A stretch of DNA of 64,000 nucleotides from Dehalococcoidales bacterium (lineage in GTDB: Bacteria; Chloroflexota; Dehalococcoidia; Dehalococcoidales; UBA5760): contig JAQUQE010000005.1 in the NCBI GenBank assembly GCA_028716225.1, forward strand, positions 65,017 to 129,016. The letters run 5' to 3'. A program made the translations under genes and the position numbers. Under the pieces are notes generated by a model that was given only the letters and a program-made list of their open reading frames with translations, did not search any database and was not told where the DNA came from. Shown here piece after piece: positions 1 to 10,446 of this stretch. Numbering within the stretch: position 1 is the stretch's first letter; every line of letters starts with the position of its first letter.

Positions 1-42
1 AGTTCAAGAGACGGTACGGGCAATAAGGAAAATCGTAAAGTC

Positions 43-279
43 ATGATGCGATATGGAGTAGTGCTTTTTCATACCACTTCGGCAGTCATGCGTGCAGAGA
101 AGCTGCTAATAGAGGAACGATATTCTATCAAGCTCATACCGACGCCGCGACAGTTCTCCAGCGACTGCGGTATCGCCTTGCGGTTTGATTGGAGCTACCG
201 GGAAGAGGTAAAGTCTGTGCTGGATAAGGCACAGGTGGAATTTGATACCATCAACTATCTGGGTGCTAAAGGTGTTTAG
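43..279 (+). CDS. DUF3343-like small protein (putative Se/S carrier-like)
   Basis: 78-aa ORF with the pattern ...LIPTPRQFSSDCGIALRF..., which I recall as typical of DUF3343. It ends about 50 nt upstream of selD, a usual neighbourhood for this family. Confidence 0.65.
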   Translation: MMRYGVVLFHTTSAVMRAEKLLIEERYSIKLIPTPRQFSSDCGIALRFDWSYREEVKSVLDKAQVEFDTINYLGAKGV

Positions 280-330
280 TAACCTGCACTTGATCCATCT
301 TCGTACTTATATCTATTGGGGAGGCAGAAA

Positions 331-1383
331 ATGGAAGAGCGACCAAAGGTACCGCGTCTCACCGAAACCGTTCGCGGTGCCGGTTGAGCTTGTAAAATAG
401 GTCCGGGTGACCTGGCGAAAGCATTGTGTGAATTACCGCTCACTACCGATCCAAACCTGCTGGCAGGCATGGAGAAGTGTGAGGATGCTGGCGTCTATAA
501 GCTGAACGACGAGCTGGCCATAGTACAGACCCTCGATTTCTTCACCCCTATTGTCGATGACCCCTACGCTTTCGGTCAGATCGCTGCCGCCAATGCCTTA
601 AGCGACGTCTATGCTATGGGCGGCAAACCGCTGACCGCAATGAACATCGTCTGCTTTCCGGTAAAGACGATGGATATCTCGGTACTGAAGCAAATCTTAG
701 CCGGGGGGCTGGACAAAATAAGGGAGGCCGGGGTTGTCCTGGTCGGCGGCCACAGTGTAGATGACCAGGAACTGAAATACGGGCTCTCCGTTACCGGCAC
801 CATCAACCCGGCCAGAGTAGTCTTCAACAGCGGGGCCAGAGCAGGCGACCGGCTCATCCTGACCAAGCCGCTGGGCACCGGAATAATAAATACCGCCGCA
901 AAGGGTGCTATAGCCGGTAAAGAAACAATCGATCAAGCAGTACGGTGTATGTCCACCCTCAACAGAATAGCCTCGGAGCTGATGATGGAAGCCGGGGTTA
1001 ATGCCTGTACTGACGTTACCGGATTCGGCCTGCTGGGTCATGCCTGTGAGATGATTGAAGGTGCCGATGTTGGCATGGTAATCTACTCTAAGGCGGTACC
1101 GCTCCTCCCGGAAGTAAGAGAGTTTGCCGCAATGGGGCTGGTTCCGGGCGGTACATACCGCAATAAGGAGTTCCGCTCCTCTATGGTAGAGGTGGCAGCC
1201 GACACCCCGGATGACTTGTTGCTCATTCTCTTCGATGCTCAGACTTCGGGAGGATTGCTCATCTCAACACCATCCGCTCAAGCCGAAGGACTGCTCCAGA
1301 GTCTGCACGGCAGGGGTACAGCCGAGGCAGCCATTATCGGTGAGGTGATCGCCGAGCCGAAGGGCAAGATTGTAATAAGATAG
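331..1383 (+). CDS. selD: Selenide, water dikinase (selenophosphate synthetase), Sec-containing form
   Basis: ATG at 331 follows GGGGAGG (318-324). It reads MEERPKVPRLTETVRGAG-TGA-ACKIGPGDL, with an in-frame TGA at 385-387 at the catalytic Cys/Sec position of the SelD N-terminal Gly-rich loop. The frame is the same as track ORF 424..1383 (DDPYAFGQIAAANALSDVYAMGG, AIR-synthase-like fold). The track start at 424 is an internal TTG. Confidence 0.9.
399..413 (+). promoter_or_regulatory. SECIS-like hairpin downstream of the selD UGA
   Basis: AGGTC-CGGGT-GACCT (5-bp stem, loop containing GGU) starts 11 nt after the TGA at 385-387. This matches the expected position of a bacterial SECIS. Confidence 0.5.
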
Positions 1384-1390
1384 GAATAGA

Positions 1391-1861
1391 TTGATAACGA
1401 TAACTATCCCCGGCAGAGGAAACTACAGGCTAAGCAATCTGGTTCTGGACCTTAACGGCACCATTGCACTGGACGGTGAGCTCATTGAAGGGGTAGAGGA
1501 TAGGCTGCGAAGGCTTGACGGACTACTGAAGCTGTTCGTCGTTTCTGCAGATACATTCGGCAGCGCTTCCAGCTTAATAAAGAAGCTGAAGGCTGAAATA
1601 CACCTGGTGAAAAAAGGAGAGGAAGCTGCTCAAAAGCTGGCATTGGTGGAGAAACTGGGCCGGGACAAGACTATCTGCATTGGCAACGGCGCCAACGATA
1701 CCGCCATGCTGACAGGGGCCGCCATCGGCATCGGTATTATCGGCAGGGAAGGCGCATCCGTCACCGCTATAACGGGGGCCGACGTGGTAGTCACCGATAT
1801 TAATGCTGCCCTGGAGTTGCTGCTTAACACTGACAGGCTGGCGGCCACCCTTCGAGGATAG
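1391..1861 (+). CDS. HAD-superfamily protein (soluble P-type-ATPase-like, COG4087-type)
   Basis: 156-aa ORF with LDLNGTIALDG (HAD motif I-like) and GNGANDTAML (motif III-like). It lies directly after selD. Confidence 0.6.
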   Translation: MITITIPGRGNYRLSNLVLDLNGTIALDGELIEGVEDRLRRLDGLLKLFVVSADTFGSASSLIKKLKAEIHLVKKGEEAAQKLALVEKLGRDKTICIGNGANDTAMLTGAAIGIGIIGREGASVTAITGADVVVTDINAALELLLNTDRLAATLRG

Positions 1862-1904
1862 CCCGTAGAAAACCGCTTCAGTCAGGAAGCGGGGCCCGGA
1901 TTTC

Positions 1905-2738
1905 TCAGCTGTCACTTAGTAGGATAGAATCATCGTTGAACTGCTCCCCGGCCGCCCGTCCAAAGGCGGTTACCAGGTCAGCAACGCTGAGCGTCTTCTT
2001 GTCCTTCTCACCGATATCCACAATAATCCTGCCCTTATGCATCATAACCAGTCTATTACCGTAGTTAAGAGCGATCTCCATATTGTGGGTAACCATTATC
2101 GCGGTCATCTTTTCCCGCTCGATAATCATGTCACTTAGCTGGAGCACCGTCTGGGCGGTCTTCGGATCCAGTGTGGCGATGTGCTCATCGAGCAACAGGA
2201 TAGTCGGCCTGCTTATGGTAGCCATAACCAGGGCTAAAGCCTGTCTCTGCCCGCCGGAAAGGGTGCCTACCGGAGTGTTCAGCCTGTCCTCCAGACCAAG
2301 CCCGAGTACAGCCAGCGCTTCACGGAATAGCTGCCTCCGCTGCCTGTTAATAGCCAGCTTCAGCCCTCTCGGCTGGCCCCGCAGCAGGGCCAGAGAAAGG
2401 TTCTCCTCGATGCTGAGGTTACGCGCCGTTCCTGCCTCAGGCTGCTGCCACACCCGGCCGACATAGGCAGCCCGCTTATACTCCTTCAGATTGGTGACAT
2501 TAACACCGCCGATAACAACCCGCCCCCCCCTCTCCGGAGGATAAACGCCAGCGACAATGTTAAGCAGCGTGGACTTTCCCGCCCCGTTGCTGCCGATAAT
2601 GGTGATAAAGTCTCGTTCGTATACCCCCAGATCGATCCCATCCAGGGCCTTTACCTCATCGATAGTCCCCCGGGCGAATACCTTCCTCACCCCTCTAAGC
2701 TGGAGTATACCAGGCTTCTTAGCTTCACCAGTTTTCAC
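1905..2738 (-). CDS. ABC transporter ATP-binding protein
   Basis: Walker A GSNGAGKST, signature LSGGQRQ, Walker B ILLLDEH. The likely start is GTG at 2738, preceded by GGAGAGGG just after the permease stop; the longer track ORF start at 2825 overlaps the permease. Confidence 0.85.
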   Translation of the reverse strand: MKTGEAKKPGILQLRGVRKVFARGTIDEVKALDGIDLGVYERDFITIIGSNGAGKSTLLNIVAGVYPPERGGRVVIGGVNVTNLKEYKRAAYVGRVWQQPEAGTARNLSIEENLSLALLRGQPRGLKLAINRQRRQLFREALAVLGLGLEDRLNTPVGTLSGGQRQALALVMATISRPTILLLDEHIATLDPKTAQTVLQLSDMIIEREKMTAIMVTHNMEIALNYGNRLVMMHKGRIIVDIGEKDKKTLSVADLVTAFGRAAGEQFNDDSILLSDS

Positions 2739-2748
2739 AGCCCTCTCC

Positions 2749-3654
2749 TCACATTCGCGCCGCCGGCGGCATCCACTCGCCACGTATTTTTTTACGGATA
2801 AACGGAATCGCCAGAACAACCACAACCAAAATTGCCGTAATCAACTTTAAATCGCCCGGGGCCATACCCAGCCTGAGAGCGATGTTGATGAATAAGCGAT
2901 AGAGAAAGGTACCGCCCAGACAGGCCAGCAGAATTGAAGTAATTCCCCGAGGACGGAAGACCCCTTCACCAATTATCACCGCAGCCAAACCCATTACAAT
3001 CATGCCAATCCCCATCCCCACATCGGAAAAGCCTTGATTCTGAGCGACCAGGGCACCGGCGAGGGCGACCAAGCCATTGGAAATAGCACAACCGATAAGC
3101 ACGTTTCTATCAGTAGAGGCACCCAGACCACGTACCATCTGCTCGTTATCGCCGGTGGCCCTTAGCGATAACCCTATCTCAGTACGCAAAAACCAGTTCA
3201 GCCCGGTGACAAAAACAGCAACCACCAATAGTACGAAGGCAATTGACAAGGCCATACCACCGCGAACGCCCAGAATCTGGGCTACCAAGTCAAAGCTGGT
3301 GACATCACGAAGCAGCGGCACATTCCCCCCACCCATAATCCTCAGGTTTACCGAGTATAGTGCCACCATCATCAGGATACCGGAGAGCAGGGCGCTTATC
3401 CTGAGCTTGGTATTGAGCAGTCCGGTTATCAGTCCGGCACAAAGGCCACTGCCAAAGGCAGCCAGTGTCGCCAGAAAAGGATTGGCGCCAGCGACAATAA
3501 GCACGGCAGCAATGGCACCACCCAGAGGGAAGCTACCATCTACGCCGAGATCGGGGAAAGCAAGAACACGAAAGGTTAGATAAACACCTATTGTAAGCAG
3601 TCCGAAGACTAGGCCTTCGTATAAGGATACGGACAGCAGGCTGCCAACATCCAA
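2749..3654 (-). CDS. ABC transporter permease (COG4120-type)
   Basis: 301-aa polytopic hydrophobic protein sitting between the binding-protein and ATPase genes on the same strand. Confidence 0.8.
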   Translation of the reverse strand: MDVGSLLSVSLYEGLVFGLLTIGVYLTFRVLAFPDLGVDGSFPLGGAIAAVLIVAGANPFLATLAAFGSGLCAGLITGLLNTKLRISALLSGILMMVALYSVNLRIMGGGNVPLLRDVTSFDLVAQILGVRGGMALSIAFVLLVVAVFVTGLNWFLRTEIGLSLRATGDNEQMVRGLGASTDRNVLIGCAISNGLVALAGALVAQNQGFSDVGMGIGMIVMGLAAVIIGEGVFRPRGITSILLACLGGTFLYRLFINIALRLGMAPGDLKLITAILVVVVLAIPFIRKKIRGEWMPPAARM

Positions 3655-3732
3655 AATCGCCTCCCCTGAAGCTCACACGCCGAATAACCAAGCGGTCCGC
3701 TTGGTTATTCGGCAGATTAACTCCGTATGGTT

Positions 3733-4773
3733 TTATTCAGTAACTATTTCGGTAGCCCCATCCAACACGGACTGTGGGATGGTCACCCCCAGCCTCTCTG
3801 CTGCCGCCGGATTGAGGTACAGGTCTGTCATCGGTACCTTCTTAACCGGGATATCAGCCGGGTTCTCACCCCTAAGGATACGGGCAGCTATCTTACCGCA
3901 CTCCTGACCCAGGACATAATAGTCAATGCCGGGAGTACCGATAGCACCCCTCTCCACCGTAGCCGTATCGGCAGCGAAGAGAGGTATCTGATTATCCTCG
4001 CAGGCCTTTACCACCGCCTCGAAACCGGAGACAACCGTATTATCCGTAGGAATCCAAATGGCATCAACCCTGCCCACCAGTGACTGTGCCGCGGCAAGGA
4101 CATCTGCCGACGCCGCTACCGTAGCCTCGACAATACTCTCTATACCCAGACCAGGAGCAATCGCCTTGAGCTCATCTATCTGAACCTTAGAGTTTACCTC
4201 ACCGGCATTGTAGACTGTACCCAGGTTTTTACACTCAGGGCAAATATCCAGGACCAACTGTATCTGAGTGGCGATATCAGCCCAGTCGCTTATACCGGTC
4301 ACATTACCCCCCGGATTATCCCAACCGTCAACCAGCCCTGCCGCCACCGGGTCCGTAACGGAACCGAATACTATCGGTATATCAGTGCCCTTAGCTGCCT
4401 CGACAGAGGCCTGTGCAGTAGGCGTAGCTATAGCCAGAATCAGATCCACCTTCTCGGAAACAAACTTCTGGGCGATAGAAGCTGCGATAGACATATCGCC
4501 TTCAGCGGTATCGGAATCATATGTCACATCCACTCCCTCAACAAAACCCTCTTCGGTCATCTGATCTATAAATCCCTGGCGATTGGCATCCAGGGCCGGG
4601 TGAGTAACTATCTGGGTGATGCCAATCTTGTACATCTGCGGCTGAGATGACTGGCACCCGCTCAGCAAAGGAAAGACCGAAGCCAACGTTAATATCAAGC
4701 CGATGCTACCAAGTAGAACCCATAACCTTTTCTTTTTCACCAAAGTAGCCTCCGTAATATGCTTAATCAACAC
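3733..4773 (-). CDS. ABC transporter substrate-binding lipoprotein (COG2984-type)
   Basis: Signal peptide with lipobox LLSGC, followed by a periplasmic-binding-protein-like sequence. First gene of a three-gene ABC operon. Confidence 0.8.
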   Translation of the reverse strand: MLIKHITEATLVKKKRLWVLLGSIGLILTLASVFPLLSGCQSSQPQMYKIGITQIVTHPALDANRQGFIDQMTEEGFVEGVDVTYDSDTAEGDMSIAASIAQKFVSEKVDLILAIATPTAQASVEAAKGTDIPIVFGSVTDPVAAGLVDGWDNPGGNVTGISDWADIATQIQLVLDICPECKNLGTVYNAGEVNSKVQIDELKAIAPGLGIESIVEATVAASADVLAAAQSLVGRVDAIWIPTDNTVVSGFEAVVKACEDNQIPLFAADTATVERGAIGTPGIDYYVLGQECGKIAARILRGENPADIPVKKVPMTDLYLNPAAAERLGVTIPQSVLDGATEIVTE

Positions 4774-4960
4774 TAATCACTAATATTAGAATATACTTAT
4801 TAGACTATACTCTGTCACAAAAACTATTTACATACACTAGCCCCCTCTCCGCATATCCAGTCTAAGAATACATTATCAGGTATTAAACAGAGTTAAGTCA
4901 ACCCGTTTTTCCCGAACCCTCATCAATGATGGGAAAGAAAACCGGGCTTGAAGAGTAGCA

Positions 4961-5383
4961 TCAAGGCCGGGTGTGGTCTTCTGCGGCATCACGAAGGCTA
5001 TCCTTACGCACGATAAGCTTAAGCCCCTCACGCTTTATCACGATGACTTCCTTGCCCTTCTCTATTTCCTGATCGTCAGTCTTGGCGTCCCAGAGCTCAC
5101 TGCCGATTCTAATGGTACCTACCGGAGCCAGTTTTTTTACCACCTCACCCCTGATACCGACCATATCGGATAGACCAGCCACCGGCTTTTTGCGCAACAC
5201 CCGGCTGCCCAGCCGATAAGAGATAATACCATAGGTAGCTATAGCCGCCATCATGGCAATCAGACCACCCAACGGAACCTCAACCCCCAGCATCGGCAGA
5301 CCCAAAAAGATAAAGATTACCAGGGCAATCTCTTCCAATAGAGTAACCAGAATGGTCAACATAATTCGGGGCTTTTCTTTCAT
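4961..5383 (-). CDS. NfeD-family membrane protein
   Basis: N-terminal TM helices plus a C-terminal OB-like segment (GIRGEVVKKLAPVGTIRIGSELWDAKT) typical of NfeD. Confidence 0.65.
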   Translation of the reverse strand: MKEKPRIMLTILVTLLEEIALVIFIFLGLPMLGVEVPLGGLIAMMAAIATYGIISYRLGSRVLRKKPVAGLSDMVGIRGEVVKKLAPVGTIRIGSELWDAKTDDQEIEKGKEVIVIKREGLKLIVRKDSLRDAAEDHTRP

Positions 5384-5419
5384 CTTGGCACCACATCTAT
5401 TATATCAGGACTGCCTCTG

Positions 5420-5449
5420 TTGCCGACACCCAAATCTGGATGCTATAAT
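5420..5449 (+). promoter_or_regulatory. Putative sigma70-type promoter for gatCA
   Basis: TTGCCG (5420-5425), 18-nt spacer, perfect TATAAT (5444-5449), about 70 nt upstream of gatC. Confidence 0.4.
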
Positions 5450-5519
5450 TAGCCAGTGCAATTCGAGAGAAGTCACCTGCCGGAGACAGATCAACAATGA
5501 GTGAGGTAAGAGGTAAATA

Positions 5520-5813
5520 GTGAGGCTTGGTCGTGAAGAGGTACTGCGTATTGCCATCCTGGCCCGGCTGGGTCTGTCTGAAGTCGAGGTAGACCGGTTT
5601 AAAGATCAGTTGTCCCATATCCTGGAGAGCTTTGAAATACTGCAGCAGGTAGATACCACCAGCGTACCTCCCACCACCCACCCCATCACTCTCGAAAACG
5701 TACTGCGCAGTGATGAGGTGGCCGACTCCCTACCACAGAACATGGTCCTGGCCAATGCGCCCCGGAAGGACGGGGACTTCTTCAAAGTACGGGCTGTCCT
5801 CGGCAACACGTAA
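5520..5813 (+). CDS. gatC: Asp/Glu-tRNA amidotransferase subunit C
   Basis: 97-aa ORF (GTG start) with LGREEVLRIAILARLGLSEVEVDRFKDQLSHILESFE, directly upstream of gatA. Confidence 0.8.
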   Translation: MRLGREEVLRIAILARLGLSEVEVDRFKDQLSHILESFEILQQVDTTSVPPTTHPITLENVLRSDEVADSLPQNMVLANAPRKDGDFFKVRAVLGNT

Positions 5814-5828
5814 GTAGACAGGGATGAG

Positions 5829-7298
5829 GTGAGTGTCATACTAGACCCTACCCGGTTGACCATACACAAAGCGCACGAGTTACTGAAAACCGGACAGGTT
5901 TCCTCGGTTGAGCTGACCAGAGCCTGCCTGGAACGGATACAGCAGGTAGAACCTAAGGTGAGCGCCCTAGTCACCATTACCGATAAGCTGGCGCTGTCCC
6001 AGGCTGAACAGGCAGACCGGCTTATCGCCTCGGGTGATTCGAGCCCCCTGACCGGAATACCGGTAATAATCAAGGACAACATGTGCACCAGGGGAGTGCG
6101 CACCACCTGTTCGTCGAGGATGCTGGAGGACTTTGTGCCGCCCTACGATGCCACCGTGGTGGAAAAGCTGAACGACGCCCGGACGGTAATTGTCGGTAAG
6201 GCAAATATGGATGAATTCGCCATGGGCTCGTCCACGGAGAACTCCGCTCTGTTCCCCACTCATAACCCCTGGAACCTAGAGCACGTACCCGGCGGCAGCA
6301 GCGGAGGCTCAGCAGTAGCAGTAGCCGCCAGCGAAGCTATCTATGCCCTGGGCTCAGATACCGGAGGCAGTATCCGCCAGCCGGCCGGCTTCTGCAGTGT
6401 TACCGGTATGAAACCCACCTACGGCAGGGTGAGCCGATATGGACTGGTTGCCTTTGCCAGCTCCCTGGACCAGATCGGACCGCTGACCCGGGACGTTACC
6501 GATTGTGCTCTGGTGCTAAACACTATCGCCGGCTATGACCCCAGAGATTCCACCTCAGTACCCCATCCCGTCCCCGATTATACCCGGTGTCTGACTAGCG
6601 AGCTTAATGGCATCCGTATCGGCGTTCCCAAGGAATACTTTGTCGAAGGAATGCAGGCAGAGGTATCCGCGGCAATAAGAGCCGCGGTCAGCAAGCTGGA
6701 GGATTTGGGAGCGAGGGCAGACTGGGAGGTATCTTTACCCCACACCTCCTATGCCCTGGCAGCATACTACGTGATTGCCCCCTCGGAGGCCTCTGCCAAT
6801 CTGGCCCGCTACGACGGGGTAAAGTACGGCTTCTCTTACTCCGATACCGACAATATGTGGGAAGCCCTGGAGAAAACCCGGCAATACGGCTTTGGTCCTG
6901 AGGTGAAAAGGCGCATCATGCTGGGCACCTACGCTCTCTCCGCCGGCTACTATGATGCTTGGTACCTGAAGGCGCAGAAGGTGCGCACCCTGATACGCCG
7001 GGAATTCGACCAGGCCTTTGAAAAGTTCGACGCCCTAGTAACACCAACATCACCCACCGTCCCCTTCAGAATCGGCGACAAGGCGGAGGACCCCCTCCAG
7101 ATGTACTTAAGCGATGTCTGTACACTACCGATAAATATCGCCGGCTTACCGGCTATCTCCATTCCGGCCGGATTTACCGGGGGGCTGCCAATCGGCATGC
7201 AGATAATCGGCAAGCCCTTCAGTGAGGAGACCATCCTCAAGATTGCCTATGCCTTTGAACAGGCAACTGACTGGCACAAACAAAAGCCGAATATTTAA
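5829..7298 (+). CDS. gatA: Asp/Glu-tRNA amidotransferase subunit A
   Basis: Amidase signature [12 protein letters not shown]; 489 aa; gatC-gatA order. Confidence 0.92.
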   Translation: MSVILDPTRLTIHKAHELLKTGQVSSVELTRACLERIQQVEPKVSALVTITDKLALSQAEQADRLIASGDSSPLTGIPVIIKDNMCTRGVRTTCSSRMLEDFVPPYDATVVEKLNDARTVIVGKANMDEFAMGSSTENSALFPTHNPWNLEHVPGGSSGGSAVAVAASEAIYALGSDTGGSIRQPAGFCSVTGMKPTYGRVSRYGLVAFASSLDQIGPLTRDVTDCALVLNTIAGYDPRDSTSVPHPVPDYTRCLTSELNGIRIGVPKEYFVEGMQAEVSAAIRAAVSKLEDLGARADWEVSLPHTSYALAAYYVIAPSEASANLARYDGVKYGFSYSDTDNMWEALEKTRQYGFGPEVKRRIMLGTYALSAGYYDAWYLKAQKVRTLIRREFDQAFEKFDALVTPTSPTVPFRIGDKAEDPLQMYLSDVCTLPINIAGLPAISIPAGFTGGLPIGMQIIGKPFSEETILKIAYAFEQATDWHKQKPNI

Positions 7299-7320
7299 TG
7301 GTAAACCAAGGAGACAATAG

Positions 7321-7551
7321 GTGAAGAATAGTACGGTTAAGGTCACCTGCTACTCCGGCCATACCTACGCGGAAAGGCCCAAGTCTTTCGAGTGGCAGGG
7401 GGTAACCTATGACATTGATAAGATAGAAAAGGCCTGGCAAGAACCGGGGATAAGACTCTTCCAGATCAAGACTACGGACGACAAGCGGTTCAGGCTCTAC
7501 TACAACAAGACCGATCAACAGTGGTCGATAACCGAGCTGGTCGGGAGTTAA
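7321..7551 (+). CDS. Hypothetical small protein
   Basis: 76-aa ORF (GTG start) following an AAGGAGA-like RBS. No recognisable family. Its stop overlaps the trpS stop on the opposite strand (TTAA). Confidence 0.4.
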   Translation: MKNSTVKVTCYSGHTYAERPKSFEWQGVTYDIDKIEKAWQEPGIRLFQIKTTDDKRFRLYYNKTDQQWSITELVGS

Positions 7552-8522
7552 AGAAGCCCAATATTCCCCTTTACTTCCCTGATGGTCTCCCGGGCAATAA
7601 TCCGAGCCCGGGCGGCACCGTCAGCCAGCAATTCATTGATATACTTAGGTTTACCAGCCAGCTCTGCCCGCTTTTCCCGGAATGACCTGAGGGTATCGTT
7701 AATCTCCCCCGCCAGGTTCTTCTTGCAGTCAACACAGCCGATTCCGGCGGAGCGACACTGCGCGGCCAGGTCATCCTGCTGGAACGGGTTGAAATACCCG
7801 TGAAGCCGGAAAATATTACATATTTCGGGGTGTCCCGGATCACTACGATAGCGCCGTGCCGGATCGGTCACCGCTTCCATTACCCGGGCCGCCGTCTCCT
7901 CCTCAGAGAGAGCCAGTTCAATATCGTTGCCGATCTGTTTACTCATCTTATCTTTACCATCCAGCCCGAGTACCATGGGAAAGGTGGTAAGTTTAGCTTC
8001 AGGCTCAGGGAAGGTATCGCCGAAGAGATTATTGAAGCGACGGACAATCTCCCTGGCCAGCTCCAGGTGGGGCAGCTGGTCCTCACCCACGGGGACAGCT
8101 TCAGCCTTATAGAGCACAATATCGGATGTCATCAAGACGGGATAGCCGACCAGACCGTAGTTGACATTCTGCGGCTGCAGCTTGACCTTTTCCTTAAAGG
8201 TGGGTACTCTGAGCAGCCAGCTCAAGGGAGTAACCATGCTGAGTAGGGTATGCAGCTCGGTAACCTCAGGTACATGAGACTGAACAAAAAGGATGCTCTT
8301 CCTGGGATCGAGACCGGCCGCCAGCCAGTCCAGCATCATCTCACGGATATTCCACTGCAGGGAGTTGGTGTCCTCCAGCGTGGTCAAGGCATGGATATCA
8401 ACAATACAATAGACACAATCATATTCTTCCTGAAGGTTAACGTAATTCTGTATCGCACCCAGGTAATTACCCAGGTGCTGCCTTCCGGTCGGACGGGCCC
8501 CGGAAAAAACACGCTTCTTCAT
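7548..8522 (-). CDS. trpS: Tryptophan-tRNA ligase
   Basis: Class I motifs HLGNY (HIGH-type) and KMSKQ (KMSKS-type); 324 aa. Confidence 0.92.
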   Translation of the reverse strand: MKKRVFSGARPTGRQHLGNYLGAIQNYVNLQEEYDCVYCIVDIHALTTLEDTNSLQWNIREMMLDWLAAGLDPRKSILFVQSHVPEVTELHTLLSMVTPLSWLLRVPTFKEKVKLQPQNVNYGLVGYPVLMTSDIVLYKAEAVPVGEDQLPHLELAREIVRRFNNLFGDTFPEPEAKLTTFPMVLGLDGKDKMSKQIGNDIELALSEEETAARVMEAVTDPARRYRSDPGHPEICNIFRLHGYFNPFQQDDLAAQCRSAGIGCVDCKKNLAGEINDTLRSFREKRAELAGKPKYINELLADGAARARIIARETIREVKGNIGLL

Positions 8523-8635
8523 CCCGCTGGTTCCCCCTTAAATCGTATTCAACTCACCTTGATTAGGTTATCCATTAAACGGCAGGGCACCCCCTGATTA
8601 AGCCAGACACTCCTGAATCCGACAGCGGCCATCCA

Positions 8636-10306
8636 TCACATCGTCTCCGGCGCCGTCATACCCATAAGGTGAAGAGCTCTCGCCAGAACCAGCCGGGCTG
8701 CCGCTACCAGTTTGAGACGGGCTTTACTCAGCGACTCTTCATGCCGGGAAACAACACGACACTGCGTATAAAAACCGTGGAACACGGTAGCCAGTTCCTG
8801 TGCATAATAGGCAAGGTGATGGGGCTCCAGGGTGCTCACGACCACCTCGACTACCTCCGGTAGAAGCAGCATCTTCCTTATCAAGGTCAACTCGGGCTCG
8901 GTGGTAAGCAGCGAAACATCGCCGTCGCGAAAATCGATCCCGCTCTCCCGGGCCAGGCGAAGTATGCTGGCGATGCGGGCATGAGCATACTGCACATAGT
9001 AGACAGGATTATCCGCCGACTGCTTCTTGGCTAACTCCAGGTCAAAGTCCATCTGGCTGTTCGCCGAACGGGACAAGAAGAAAAAACGGCAGGCATCAGT
9101 CCCCACCTCATCGATCACCTCACGCAGAGTAATGATATCGCCGCTACGTTTGGAAACCCGCACCAGTTCATCCCCGCGGCGCAGGGTGACCAGTTGCGCG
9201 ATTATCACCCCCAGCCGTTCCGGATCAACCCCCAAGGCACCGAGAACAGCCTTCATTCGTGAGACATGCCCCTGGTGGTCAGCCCCCCAGATATCGATCA
9301 CCCTGTCAAAACGGCGCTCAATAAACTTGTTATAGTGGTAGGCGATATCGGCAGCAAAATAGGTTGGTGAACCGTCACCACGCACGATGACATTGTCCTT
9401 GTCCTCACCCAGTGCGGTAGAGATAAACCAGGTAGCTCCTTCCTTTTCAGCGATATAGCCACCATCCTCGAGGATTGACCTAACCTTCTCGTACTGCCCC
9501 CCGTCATAGAGGCTCTGCTCGCTGAACCAGATATCGAAAGTCACCCCCAATACCTCAAGATCGGCCCTGATCTGCCCTATCATCCTGTCCAGCCCGAGCT
9601 GTCCTAAACCCAACACCGCCTCCGGTTCGGGGAGAGCAAGAAACCTATCCCCCTCCTCGGCAACAATATCCTTAGCCAGGTCAATCATATAGTTGCCGAC
9701 ATAGCCGTCGGCAGGCACCTCGACACTAACACCCAATTGCTGCTGATAACGGGCATGGAGTGAACGGGCAAAGGCCCTTGTCTGGGCGCCGGCGTCGTTA
9801 ATATAATATTCCTTCTCCACGCTATAGCCGGCGGCAGCAAGTACGCTGGCTAAGACACTGCCCAGAATAGCGCCACGGCCATGCCCGACATGAAGCGGCC
9901 CGGTAGGGTTGACGCTGACGAACTCTATCTGTACCCGCCTGCCCTCTCCCAGGCCAACGTTGCCATAAGTATTCCCGGCCTCAAGGATTGAATCTACCTG
10001 CGCGGTCAACCAATCTGCCTTAAGGGTAAAATTGATAAAACCGGGCGGCATCACTCGAACAGTACCGATCTCCGGACCGGGAACGATAGAAGCGGCGATA
10101 TCCTCGGCTATCGCCAGCGGCTTGACCGAGGCTGCCCGGGCCAATTTTAGGGGCAGGCTCGAGGCATAATCGCCATGCTCCTCATTCTGGGGATGTTCTA
10201 CCGTTACCGGAGGCAAGCTCACCGGCGGCAGCTTGCCCTGTTCCAGTGCTTCGGTCACCGCCTGCGTCAGCAGCTCAACCAGCTTATCTTTAATCATGAA
10301 AGTCAT
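8636..10306 (-). CDS. argS: Arginine-tRNA ligase
   Basis: 556 aa with [17 protein letters not shown] (HIGH region) and an ArgRS-like anticodon-binding C-terminus. Confidence 0.92.
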   Translation of the reverse strand: MTFMIKDKLVELLTQAVTEALEQGKLPPVSLPPVTVEHPQNEEHGDYASSLPLKLARAASVKPLAIAEDIAASIVPGPEIGTVRVMPPGFINFTLKADWLTAQVDSILEAGNTYGNVGLGEGRRVQIEFVSVNPTGPLHVGHGRGAILGSVLASVLAAAGYSVEKEYYINDAGAQTRAFARSLHARYQQQLGVSVEVPADGYVGNYMIDLAKDIVAEEGDRFLALPEPEAVLGLGQLGLDRMIGQIRADLEVLGVTFDIWFSEQSLYDGGQYEKVRSILEDGGYIAEKEGATWFISTALGEDKDNVIVRGDGSPTYFAADIAYHYNKFIERRFDRVIDIWGADHQGHVSRMKAVLGALGVDPERLGVIIAQLVTLRRGDELVRVSKRSGDIITLREVIDEVGTDACRFFFLSRSANSQMDFDLELAKKQSADNPVYYVQYAHARIASILRLARESGIDFRDGDVSLLTTEPELTLIRKMLLLPEVVEVVVSTLEPHHLAYYAQELATVFHGFYTQCRVVSRHEESLSKARLKLVAAARLVLARALHLMGMTAPETM

Positions 10307-10446
10307 GGAAGTTCGGCTTCAGCCTCCCTACCCGAGCGCCCTTTTCAGGGTCATTTCAGGCTAACTGTACGTTCGAATTATAACACAGGGCTAACTGGGG
10401 AGGGTAGCCCGCACCATCGGCAGGCATGATACTAATCAACAAGGAC

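Noticed and set aside
2523-2530. A C8 homopolymer inside the ABC ATPase gene, checked as a second potential frameshift site.
   Set aside because: The reading frame is intact across it (…PPERGGRVV…). It is noted only as a contrast to the disrupted G9 tract at 57188-57196.
8523-8635. Possible T-box leader upstream of trpS.
   Set aside because: Only about 113 nt separate the argS stop from the trpS start, which is too short for a T-box. I found no specifier-loop or T-box (AGGGTGGNACCGCG-like) sequence, only a small CAGGG-GGTG-CCCTG hairpin.
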